Of a DNA stretch of 64,000 nt, positions 51,801-62,972 are shown piece by piece. Origin of the DNA: Azolla caroliniana (taxonomy: Eukaryota > Plantae > Polypodiophyta); contig JBHGNT010000018.1 in assembly GCA_043228905.1 (NCBI GenBank), positions 3,968,001-4,032,000 of the forward strand, read 5' to 3'. Position numbers and translations under genes: made by a program. The notes under the pieces were generated by a model. That model searched no databases. It had not been told where the DNA came from and saw nothing but the letters and a program-made list of their open reading frames with translations. The first letter of the stretch is position 1. Every line of letters begins with the position of its first letter.

Positions 51801-53655
51801 TATCTGTTTCTCCTTTGTTTGAACTAGTCAAATTAATTTTCTTTTCGATGTCGAGCAAGGAACCATTTTCCTTCATCAGAGATAACTTTCCAAGTATTTT
51901 TTCACCATAAACTTTGGTGTTTTCACCACGTATTCCACCTTGCTTCCCCTCGATGCTTGTTGGGGTTATAAGATGATCTTCCAAAGATGTGATACTTTGC
52001 ATCTTCTTTCTCTCTTCTCTTTTCTTTGGTGAGGTGTCTTCCTCTTTAACTGATGAGATAATGTTACCACCTATATTCAAATCATCTGCAAAAGATGATA
52101 TGCTAGATTCTGCCAAGATATTATAATCCGTTTCCTTCTTATTTGGTAATGTCTTCGACAACATCAATGGCGGTATCGACAGATTTCCCGCTGAATTACC
52201 ATCTCCCTGTATGTTTTTTTCTGCCAATGCACCAGACGATGCAACCTTGTTGCTATGCTTTAGAAAACCTTCACCTTGATTTTTTCTAGCCACTTTCTTT
52301 GGAGATAATGGTGCTTCATTCAAAACAGACGAGGTAATCTTACCATCCGAAGTTAAATGAACTTCAGAAGGTGAGGTAACCTCTGATAACAAGGTACCAT
52401 TTTTCTTCTTTCTTGAAACCCTCCCAGGAGATGCCGGTGATATCAATACTTCTTCTAAAATTGCAGATGAGGAAATCTCAGGATCTTTCATTAGATTTTC
52501 TTCAGAAGAAACGTCATCTGCTTTCCTTCTTCTGCTTCTTCTCGTTAGAGATGTGGACACTGATGCTGATGATGTTTCTTCAAGTGTAAAGGGGGGAAGT
52601 TCCTTTTTATCGTCAGAAGATACAGAAACTTGTGATATTGTACTATCTTTCTTCTTGCTGTTTACTCTCTTAGTTGAGGATATGCCATCTGAGGTCAACA
52701 TTGTCTCTGATGAATGATCTTCGAATGATGACAAGGATTGTGATGTTAAGCTTTCATCTTTCTTCCTTTTCCTGGTGACTTTCTTTGGCACTGAAGCTGA
52801 TGAAGTTTCATCTATGGTAGAAGAAAGCTCAGTCGAAGAAGATGTAAGAGGAGGAGGAAGGGAACTTTCTTTCTTCTTCCTGGTGATCTTTTTTGGTAAA
52901 AATGCAGACAATAATTGCGATGATGCTTCTTCTGAGGTAGAATCAAGCCCAGTCTCTGCAGGAAGGTTTTCTTTTTCCTTAGGTGACACCCTTCTGGTAA
53001 CTTTTCTTGGAGACATTGCAGGCAATAATGTGACACCTGAAGCTTCCAATGAGGCAGAAGAAAGCTCCACCTGAGCAGAAAGGGTTTCGCTCTTTTTAGA
53101 TGAATTTCTTCTGGTAGCTTTTCTTGGCAATTTTGCAGAAAATAAAGTTGGTAATGACGATGATGATGACGATGTTTCTTCCGAGCCTTGAAGAAGATTA
53201 ATATGAGAAGGAGAAGGAGAAGGAGAAGATGAACCGCTTTCCTTCATGTCAGAAGAATCTTTCTGCGCTGTATGAGGAGGCGGAAAACAAACAGAACCAG
53301 CAGCATTTAAGGAGCCATTTCCTTCCTGTGATGCAGATAATCTATGGGCAAAACGTCTACTTCTGAATTCTTTCGAGGATGAAGAAGAAGAGGGAAGAGT
53401 GGCTGTAAAGAGCTTCGCTCTTCTGGTTCGGAAAGAAGAAGAAGAAAGACGCGGTAAGAAGCAAGAAGAATTACTCAAACCTGTAAAATACAACATGGTC
53501 GAGGTTGCGGTGGAAGAACAGGTGTACTTTGAGGAGAAGGACAGTATGGCTGCATTACATGTTGAGGAAGAAGAAGAAGAAGAAGGAGAAGAAGGCAAGC
53601 AGGAACGCAAGTGGACGCCGTAGCTACTGCAGCTCCTTCCCATCATGGACGCCAT
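41880..53655 (-). CDS. TRZ: tRNase Z, long form (ELAC2/TRZ3-TRZ4 type), with organellar-type N-terminus and ~900-aa extension; 13 exons, ~1720 aa
   Basis: Approximate exons: 53655-50884, 46944-46855, 46742-46698 (GC donor), 46581-46527, 46168-46125, 45418-45008, 44932-44685, 44440-44296, 44202-44161, 44002-43831, 43706-43512, 43199-42546, 42173-41880. Motifs SYMQIYGTG, FFDRRRFIFNVGEG, KGKFDPAKA..GLKPG (exosite), FLGTGSSQPS, LLDCGEGT, WISHMHADH, FSGDTRPC, IHEATF, LTHFSQRYP. Confidence 0.9.
45508..45686. mobile_element. Short hAT-like MITE in a tRNase Z intron
   Basis: TAGGAATCGGCAACGG...CCAGTTACTGATGTTTCTA imperfect TIR, AACCG-rich. Terminus resembles the elements at 13381 and 48262. Confidence 0.55.
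48262..49029. mobile_element. hAT-like MITE, same family as 13381-13898 in opposite orientation, with an internal ~245-bp duplication
   Basis: Ends TTGGTAATCGGCAA / TTGCCGATTGTTACCTA. Reverse complement resembles the 13.4-kb element. 48315-48560 is repeated at 48560-48790. No clear TSD. Confidence 0.75.
49050..49660 (+). mobile_element. LINE reverse-transcriptase remnant in tRNase Z intron 1
   Basis: IFKSRDPIMPGNYRTIMV and SNSVKELQRHLNALKSFCTCKGLSVNLDKTKVMVFN. Confidence 0.75.
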
Positions 53656-54304
53656 AGCCAACCAAATCCCTGACCTTCACGAGGAAGAAGAAGAAGAAGA
53701 AGAAGGAAGAGGAAGAGAGCTCTCAGGTCATCGCAACGGAGGAATGGAGGAAGGAAAGGGAGCTATATACGTGCAGGCCATGGAACGAAAGAACGAAGAG
53801 GAGGAAGGAAGGAAGGAAGGAAGGAAGGAAGGAAGAGCCATAGCCATATCCATAGCGATGGCCATGGCCATCGCCGTCTTCTTCTTCTTCTTCTTCTTCT
53901 TCTTCTTCTGCAGGTTTACATATCACTTAATTATGGTCCGAAGATAACCAGTGATTTTTCCTTTATTTACAAAACTGCCCCTATCTTTTTCCAATTTCCC
54001 CAGATACCCCTACATTTTTGCTATTTCCCCAAATGCCCCTGACCACCCCCTTTCCAACCTTTTCTTCCTCTATCATCAAATCCATATTTCACCCATCGGC
54101 ATCGGCTTTCTCCTCACAAACTGTTGTAGGCATAGATGATAGCCTTACAAATCAATTCTATTCTATAACTAATTTTAATGGGTTGCAGATCAATTCTATA
54201 GCCTTACACATCAATTATCGGCATTTAAATTATGGATAGGATTGTCGAGAAACCAATCATCCCAAGAACTAAAGACAAACCAACAATGACTTCTTCCTCT
54301 TCCT

Positions 54305-57110
54305 CTTCTTTTCTTTTCTTTTTTTTTCCAAAAAAACTCTTTCCATTAGTTATAAAATTTTACAAATGAGATTATTATGTACAAATCCCTGTAGGGACAC
54401 AATAGTTCCATCTTATGTGGATACCCACTAACTCAAGAAAGGGAGAGGACGACCATTGTTGGATGAAGGCTATTCGTTTCTTTCAACTCCATTGGAGCCG
54501 CCCTTGAGGCCATCATATTGGCTCTTTAGAGTGGCTACAATTTCACTCCATATCTCTTGCAGTAACATTGTTGGATGCACGGGTTGGTTGGAGAAGATCC
54601 GTCTACACCGTTGTTTCCATAGAATCCAAAGAGTTATTGGGTTGACCAATTCCACCACAACTTGAGATTTGTCATTAAGAGGAATTTAGTGGACATTGCC
54701 GATGGTGGAGAAAAAAACCTCTTGTGCTTTTATCACCAAAGTCATCCCCTCCTCCTGATGCTCGTATATGCCAACTGGGGTTTGCCATGATAGCCAACAT
54801 ATATATTCCCCACTTGATTGAGCCCTCTTGCACATGGCATAATTGTAACAAGCGGCCAACCCCCCACCATATTCAATGGGACGTTGGGCAATCCCACAAA
54901 GTGTGTCGTATTGATTCTACTACATTTGGACACTCTACACAATTAGGAGAGCTAAGGTTCCCACGTTGCCATGCTCCCACCGGTAGTGACTTATGTATTA
55001 ATAGCCATTGGAACGTGGTAATTCGTCTCGCGTGTTGTTGTTTCCAAATTTTCTGCCAAAACTTGGTGATAATTGTGTGAGGAACTTGATATGTGTGCCA
55101 GACCTATGCAGCAGCCAGCTCTTGGGCAGTTTGAGCAACTAGAATGTGGCGACCCAATCTAGTTGTGAACTAGAAGAAAGGGATGGGTTTGCTTCCTTGC
55201 CCCGTGTAAGGATCATGCCATGTCCATTGCAAAGGGTCCCAACTGACATTACGTAGCCATGTGTTTTCATGAGTACATATGTGCCAATCGGGTTGTACTT
55301 TGATTGGAACAGGATCTACAATCCATTTATGACCAATATACGTGAGTACTCGAATTGCGTTATTCTGTGTTGGTGTCTCAGTGTCTCGCAATTCAGAACC
55401 TTTGATCCTGTCTGGTGTTCCCGTACCTTTCGAGATCAAAGATCCCCCCTCCTCGTAGCCTATCCATTTCTCCATTGTCGTCCTTTGAGTAGCAGCTTCC
55501 CTAATCAGTAGAGCGTTAATGATTTCCGATCTCATAGTCCATCCACCCCTGATTCCATGGAGTATGTTGGCTTGATCTTGTAGTGGCAATGACATAAACC
55601 GTCTCTAACATTCTATACTTTTTCCTGGACCTTCTGCAATGTATCCCCATGACAACCCCTTACTTGATCCAAGTAGTTGACTAGATTCATCCTTGATACA
55701 TGGGTTCCATAGGATACGTTGACCGAGCCGGGCAAGTTCAGAACTCGGTTGATCGCAATTGAGCCCTCGTCTAATATCACACCATGCCTTCCAGATGGAT
55801 GCACTGGGCGGGAGAAACTAGGTTTGAGATCCATGTTTAGAATCCATCCTGTCTGGGGGGCCCAATTGACCCCTTTTCATGGCCTAAAGTAAGCGAAACA
55901 AACCGCAATAGCATTTTCCAACAGTCATTTCTCGGTTGGAGTCCTCGCACCACAAATTTGGCAAGTAAGGCTTTTGATTGTGAGAGGGGATCAATAAGAC
56001 CCAATCCCCCTCTCGACTTAGGTGATGTGAGTATAGGTCACGCCACCTTGGCACGAGTTACATGATCTTCCTTACCAGACTAAATGTAGTTGTGTACCAG
56101 TCGTTGAATCTAATGTATACTTTCCTTGGAGATTGTCCAACATGATAGAATGTACCATGTTGTTGCGAGTAGTACCTGGTTTGCCACTATGATGCGACCC
56201 GCTAGTGACAGCTTTTTCGAACTCCAATGTATCAACTTTTGTCTAATGGAATGGATAACGGGTGCAATCATAGTCTCAGGCGGTATGTTGAAACCAATTT
56301 GGAAACCCAAATATTTGGTGCTTGCTCCTTGATTGATCCATTTGAAAGCGGGATGTGGGTGCCACGCAGGATCTATTTCATGAGAAAGCCATATTGCACA
56401 AGATTTGTGCCAATTGATCATGGCATTGGATCTCTTGCAAACTACGGCTAACCCACTTTCGAGCTTTTGTAGGTTTTCCAAGTCCCCTTGCAGGTAGACC
56501 GTTGTGTCATCTACAAATTCTATATCCAGGATGCTTTGGTGAGAATGAGGCACGGGAAGACCACGTAGGTTGAGATGTCGCGAGTTGAGAAAGCAAGAGA
56601 GTGCTTCGGCATATAATAAAAACAAGGATGGAGCTAGTGGGCATCCCTGTCGTACAGATCGGGATATTTGGAAAAAGGGGCCCCTTTCACCTGCCAGTGA
56701 AACGCAACTATTGTCGTTCCTATAAAGTCTGGCAATGCCTTTGATCCATGTCTCTTGAAAGCCGAGTTTCCCCATCACACTTTCGAGAAAGTTCCAACAT
56801 AACCTGCCATATGTTGTCCCAAAATCTAGTAGCACCACCGTTACCTTGTGTTGGTACGCTTTGCAAGGGCTATTGCTTCCCAGAATGAGAAGAGGTTGTC
56901 TAGGATGCTCTGATTTCTAACAAAACCTGTTTGGGATGGATGAATGAGTTGAGGGAGAAGTGGTGTTAAACGACGTGCCATGATTTTTGCGAGTAACTTA
57001 TGAACAATATTGAGAAGAGTTATGGGCTGCCACTTGCTAATGTCGTTGGCACTTCCACCACTTTTAGGAATGAGATGTATCATCCCCTGTCCAAATTCCT
57101 CCGGCAATGT
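54305..57110 (-). mobile_element. L1-clade LINE, 5'-truncated or interrupted, with frameshifts
   Basis: LIPKSG..WQPITLLN..K, QTGFV..ILDN, VRQGCPLAPSLF, FVDD, KYLGF, LSLAGRIIVANQVL. A-rich tail appears as T-runs at about 54305-54327 on the plus strand. Confidence 0.9.
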
Positions 57111-57731
57111 TTGTAGGTAAAGATAATTCGTTTCCTTCAAACAAACATGAGGAATAGAATTCCTTCGAACTCTTCCACAATAAATTATCCACAATCAGTA
57201 AACCGGTCTTTGACGTGCGAAACAAACATAAAGCAAATAATGACTATTATTTTATGTACATGTCAAATAAACATGAAGAATAGTCTTCAATACTTCCTTC
57301 AAGGTCTTCTGCAGTAGATCATTGACAATCACTCAACCGGTCTTTGATGTTATCAATTACTTTACATTATCTGCTTCCTCCTCGAAGATATGTAGGCTAT
57401 AAACTTGTTTTTCATTGACCTGCATCACAAGATCTTGGGAAATCGTTGTTCTTCAACACCTGTTACAAATGTTGCATTTGTAGACAGCAAACCTACCATG
57501 ATACGCATGCACTTGGAATTCCTTCATCTCCACAACCCCTCAACAAACCAACAAGGACTTGTATAACACATGGTGGTCTAGGAGCCTTAGGTGATTGAGC
57601 TATTTATACAAAGGGGACTAGCTCTACCCTCCTTCATTATGCCATCCAGAGACAATGTCGAGACTCAATTAGTAAGGCTAAACTTTTCTTTTTTTGTCGG
57701 ATCTGTTATTTCGACAACCAAGCTATGACAT

Positions 57732-58119
57732 TGTTAGGAAACAGGTCCCTCCGGATGGGAAGTGAGAAGAACAGTACGGATGAGCAAACTCGACCGAGGC
57801 CGAAACTGGATGAGGAAAACCCAGCTATGGAAGACCCGGTGAGAACCGGATGACGAGTACCCGGCTACGGAGAGCCGGATGGTGCAGACCCGGTGAGAAC
57901 CGAATGAGGAGTACCCAGAAAGCACCGGATGATGCAAGCCCAGTGAGGAGTGCTCACCGGATGAAGGGACATATTCGTAAATATGTTTCCTGAGAGGTCA
58001 TCGGGGCTATATTTGTAAATAGCCGAAAAGTCATATTAGTATAAATATGACTTAGGGCAAACTTAGAAGTGTGTTGTTATTATTCTTGTTGGTGCTAGAT
58101 TAGAGAGCACGTAACAGTG

Positions 58120-58159
<40 letters not shown>

Positions 58160-58432
58160 GAGGTCGTTGCCTCTGTTGTAACCGCCGCCTGTGGCGAAGA
58201 TCGTGAGCACGAGGTCGTTGCCTCCGTGAGCTCCGAGTTGTAATCATTGTGATATAGTGATAGTTTGGAGTCTGTGAACTCCCGTGGTTTTTCCCTCTCA
58301 AGGTTTTCCACGTTAAACATCCTGTGTAGTTTTCTCTCCTTTGTGTCATGCTTTCATTTCTCGTCTCCTGTGTATGATTCTAAGCTCGGTTGTGGCCGAG
58401 TGTTGCGCATAGGGAGTGAGCAGTTCCTGTCA
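57732..58432 (+). repeat. Copia 5' LTR (701 bp)
   Basis: TGTTAGGAA...TTCCTGTCA termini, TATAAATA at about 58040, GA microsatellite, internal ~55-bp repeats. Confidence 0.85.
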
Positions 58433-58435
58433 AAC

Positions 58436-58447
58436 TGGTATCAGAGC
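58436..58447 (+). promoter_or_regulatory. Primer-binding site, tRNA-iMet
   Basis: TGGTATCAGAGC, 3 nt after the LTR end. Confidence 0.92.
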
Positions 58448-60805
58448 GAAGCAACACAGAAGATGGACGAATCGTTGGGCGACATGTTCAAGCTCACCGG
58501 CTCCAACTATTCAGTGTGGAAGTCGAAGATGAGGGACATGCTCGTGGTCAAAGATCTTTGGTTGCCAATTTAGTTCGGGGACAAGAGACCATACAAAATC
58601 GACGCCACGATATGGGAGGTGATGCACATGAAGACAACGGCGTACATACGGTGCTTCATCGACATGAGCCTATACAACAACTTCAATGAAGAGAGCAAGG
58701 CTCATGAGCTCTGGGAGAAGATCGACATTATGTTTCAGAACAAAAATGTTGTTAACCAGGTTTCAGTATTCCGGAAGCTAGTAAGACTACGGTACCAAGA
58801 TGGCTCCAGCATGGCGGAGCACATGAATGCCTTCCAAGACTGATACACCAAGCAACATCATTGGAAGTACCTCTCGCCGATGAGGTACTAGCGCTACTAC
58901 TGCTCGGCTCCCTCCCGGATAGCCGGGAGATGTTGGTTGTCACTTTGGGCAACGCCGGGCCAGAAGGGAAACAATTATCCTAGCAAGAGTGAAGTTGAGC
59001 TTGCTAGATGAGGAGGCGCGTCGAAAAGATAAGGATACGAGCTCTAACTCCAAAGTGCTCCTTACCGAATCGGAACGCGGAAGACAAAGAAACCGTAGTC
59101 CCCAGAACTGGGAAAAGTCGAGGACACGGTCAAAGTCAAGGGGGAGGCCTACTTGCTTCTATTGCGGCAAGCCAGGACACTTCCAGAAGAATTGTCGGCA
59201 TTTCTGGAAAGACAAGGAAACCGATGGTACCGATTCGAAGCGGACACAGGACCGGAACGGTAAAGACCGGAGGGGAACGGACCAGAAGGGAACGACGGTA
59301 ATCGTGGCAAGCGAACGCGTTGTTCCACCTTACCCCTGACCGGAAATGCTTCTCATCCTACTCAGTCGGTGATCACGGCTGTGTCCGGATGGGGAATGAA
59401 GGTACATGCCGAATTGTTAGCATAGGAGACGTGTGGTTGACAACACCAACCGGATGCAAGTTGTTGCTGAAGGATGTCCGACACATTCCGGAGGTTCGTC
59501 TGAACCTGATATCAGTCGGTCGGCTAGATGATGAAGGCTACACGGGTAGCATCCGGAACGGTGTTATGAAGTTTAGCAAAGGAAGCCTGATTGTGGCTCG
59601 GGCCCAGAAGGTCAACACGTTGTACCTGATGAATGCCCGGTTATGTCCGGAAGAAGTGAACGTAGCATCCAACACTGCCAGTGAGCTGTGGCACAAGAGG
59701 CTGTGTCACATGAACGAGAAGGGGATGAAGAGGCTTGCAAACGACAACCTCATTCCAGTGAAGAACGTACACTTGGAGAAGTGCACTGATTGTCTGGCCG
59801 GTAAACAAAACCGAACCTCCTTCCGATCGAGGCCACCGATGAGACGTAATGCACCACTAGAGTTGGTGCATACTGATGTATGTCAAGTGGACACGAAGTC
59901 ACATGCCGGGTCGCAGTACTTCGTGACGTTCATAGATGACCATAGCCGGAAGTTGTGGGCCACACCGTTGAAGACGAAGGATCGGGTGTTATCCGTCTTC
60001 AAAGAGCTCCATGCGAGAGTGGAAAGAGAAACCAGCCGGAAGTTGAAGGCGGTTCGAGCAGATAACGGAGGTGAATACCGGGGGCAGTTCGAGGAGTACT
60101 GTCGCTCGAAGGGAATCCGGCTCGAATTTACCGTGCCAAAGACGCTGGAACTAAACGGTGTCGTGAAGAAAACCGTCCACAAGCGGAATCGGTGCACCGG
60201 AGCATATGAACCAGCTCTTCATGCACGTACGCCTTATGTTGTACATAAGAGAGAATTAGGTACATAGAAGATCCGAGGTAGGTAGATTCGGTAGGTAGGA
60301 AGTTAATGGGAAACGGCTCCTTTCTCGCCTTAAAAAGGAGGGAGACGAGGAGGGGAAAAAGGGGGGATCGCGGTTAGAGAGGACGAAGTGATGTCGGGTT
60401 GTCAGCCGAAGGCTTCTCTCTCTTCCATACTCCATAGCTTCTTTCTGCGCAGGTTTTCGGGAGGCTCGCGCTGCTCTGAGGAATGCCTGAGTGCTTCCGG
60501 CAGCACCTCCAACCTACTCCTTTCCTTCGGAGCGTTTATGAGCAGGCATCGACATCTGTTCGCCGGCCTGTTCGGTTGTAACCGACTTCGTGCTTCTTGT
60601 TGTTTGTCTTTGTTAACATATACATACATACATTCGTGTCTCTCTGTGTCGCTATCCCACTCGCGTCTTTGTGTTGAAGGATCGTGTCCCTGTGAATCTA
60701 CGCTCGCACGTAGTGGGTCTCTTTTCCTTTCTCTCTTGCTCTTCGGTACAGGACCCCCGAGGTCCCGCCTCATTCCACGCATCCGCGAGGAATACCTCGA
60801 CATCT

Positions 60806-60823
60806 TGGTGAACCCGACGTGAA
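60806..60823 (+). promoter_or_regulatory. Primer-binding site complementary to tRNA-Trp(CCA)
   Basis: TGGTGAACCCGACGTGAA is the reverse complement of the plant cytosolic tRNA-Trp 3' end (TTCACGTCGGGTTCA-CCA). Confidence 0.85.
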
Positions 60824-60845
60824 GGAGGCGGCAGAAGAGCAGAAG

Positions 60846-62972
60846 ATGAAGGGGTCGGATCTTGCGGAGGCCATGGCTTCGGCTGTGGATCGGATATTGA
60901 ACGCATGCGAGGGCACTGGCGCCCTCGACAGAGCCATTGAGGTGGTCGTCGGTACGATCGGCCGGTTCAGCGGAAAGGATGCCACGAAGTATTTGGCGTC
61001 CTACGGGGCAGAAATGCTGATGCGGGACATTCTGGAAGAGAGGCGTCTTGCCGGGTTTCCTCGAGTGGCGATGCCGAGCATCCATGCGGAGGTGCTCGAG
61101 GTGCGGGCGGAGAGCCGTACCTGGCAGGAGTTCGAAGGCCGACTCCTCGAAAAATACGGGCTGGACGACGCGCTCCGGCTTTCGAAACGGGACTTCATGG
61201 AGTGGGTGGAGTCCCCCGGCAAAGGAAGAAACGCGTCGGCACTCCTCCGGGAGTTTGAAGAACGCTTTGCGCGCCTTTCGGCGCTTGACCGAACCATTCT
61301 GGATACGAGCCGGGTCCTACTATTCGTCAAGTCGGTGGACGAGCGGAACCGGGATCAAGTCGGCTCCTTGCTGGAAACCGAAGACGGGCTGACGACCGAT
61401 TGGGCTGCGGTTAAGAGGGTCTGTGGCCGTTTCGACAAACGGTGAGAATGGGCTGACAACGGGGCGGCCGGTGCGGGCTCTGTCACAGCAAGGAGGCTTG
61501 AACCGGCACCACAAGGGCGAAGGGAAGAGACCCGGGAATGGCTCGAAACCGGTTCGGCTTCGACCAGCATGGTCAATGGCTCGTCCGGGGGAGCAACGCT
61601 GGAGGAGTTGACGTGGGCGATTAAGGATCTCCAGATCGCCCAGGCTCGAAGGGAAGGCGGCGAACCGGCTCGTGACCGACGACCGACAGCAAGGAACAGG
61701 TGCATGTGGTGCGACGAGGTCGGCCACATTCGGAAGGACTGCGGCGATTTCGCAGAGGCATTGAGGAACCGGGTGGTGTACCTGTGGGAAGGCCGGGTGC
61801 ACGCCGGCGACACCAGAAGGGCCCTAAACCGAAACAACGGGCGAGGAGGTATGAAGAGACTGATGGAAGAGGCAGCGGCCCGACACGTGGAGGCCATCCA
61901 CTACTCGGCGTCGGCAGGCATTCGGGTCGGGGGCAGCGAGGCCCGAAAGGAGAGCAAAGACGGATTCTGGTCGGCAATGCTGGAAGGCCTCGACGGCACA
62001 CGACTGAGGAAAGATGAAGCGGACCGCGCTTAGAGACGGGTCCGGGAAGTAACCGGGTGGAGCGACCCGGTCGAGGAGAAGACGGGCTTCGTAGAAGCCG
62101 CCTGCCGGAACTACGAGGCTCTGGTAGAAGACAAACGAGCGGGGAAAGCCGGAGCGGCCGGGCCCTCACAACGGTACGAGACCCGATTCGGGCAACGACG
62201 GAACAAAGCCGGTGGGTCCAGCGCGCAAGATAACCCCAGGAAGGGCGGATACCGACTGGGGACGGAAATAGAAAGGACCACGGACCTTCGAAAGGTCCTA
62301 GAAGAACGGATCCTCGACAGCAAAGTGGAGTTGTCATTGCGGGAGGTGCTAGGGATCGCCAAGAAGGAGTTCCACGACTCCATTGTAGATTTGGTGAAAC
62401 GGAAGAGGTTGTCAACGGAGACGGAACCGGAAAGACCGGTGGAGGTGCGGACGACGCACATCGACGACTTGGCGCTGGAAGATGAGTGGGCGGAGAGCCA
62501 CTATTCGAGGCCACACTGGGCCCGAGCGACCACGGAGACCCCGGTAAAGATCGGAGATGTTCAGGAACCGGTGGTGGCACTGGTGGACCACGGTTCGGAA
62601 ATAAACCTGATGTCCATGGACTTCTACAAGAAGGGAAAGTGGCCGATCAACACCAAGCACGGGTGGAAGATACGGGCGGCGACGCGCGCCACCGAGGAAC
62701 TGCACGGGGCCTGCCCGAACGTGCGAGTCAAGATCGGCGACGTCGAGATTGACCAGCACTTCTTCGTACAGGAGATGTCCTCGCACCCGGTCATATTAGG
62801 GGAACCATACATCACGGCGGCGCGGATGGAGACCAAGGTGCTGGACAACGGTTCGGCCTACGCGAGGGTCAAAAGCCAGGACGGGCGCCATTCGGTCCAT
62901 TTTCTGACGGTGCGGCCGAACCACGAGCAAAACCGCGAATCCCTCGGTGGCGAGAACCGAGAGGATTTTTAG
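60846..62972 (+). pseudogene. Gypsy gag-protease frame with premature stops
   Basis: One reading frame broken by TGA 61443-61445 and TAG 62031-62033. Contains a CCHC knuckle and aspartic protease; ends ENREDF*. Confidence 0.85.

Larger units (their letters stand above)
57732..60158 (+). mobile_element. Ty1/copia LTR retrotransposon (Tnt1/Tork-like), 5' part, pseudogenised and interrupted in the integrase
   Basis: 5' LTR, tRNA-iMet PBS, gag from ATG 58463 (LTGSNYSVWKSKMRDML, CFYCGKPGHFQKNC), GAG-pre-integrase (LWHKRLCH..CTDCLAGK), rve (LELVHTDV..FIDDHSRK..ADNGGEY..ELNG). In-frame stops and frameshifts. Confidence 0.93.

Noticed and set aside
57170-57720. Segment between the LINE and the copia LTR, possibly another LTR fragment
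   Set aside because: It has a minus-strand TATA-like motif and short repeats, but no definable TG...CA ends, PBS or PPT.
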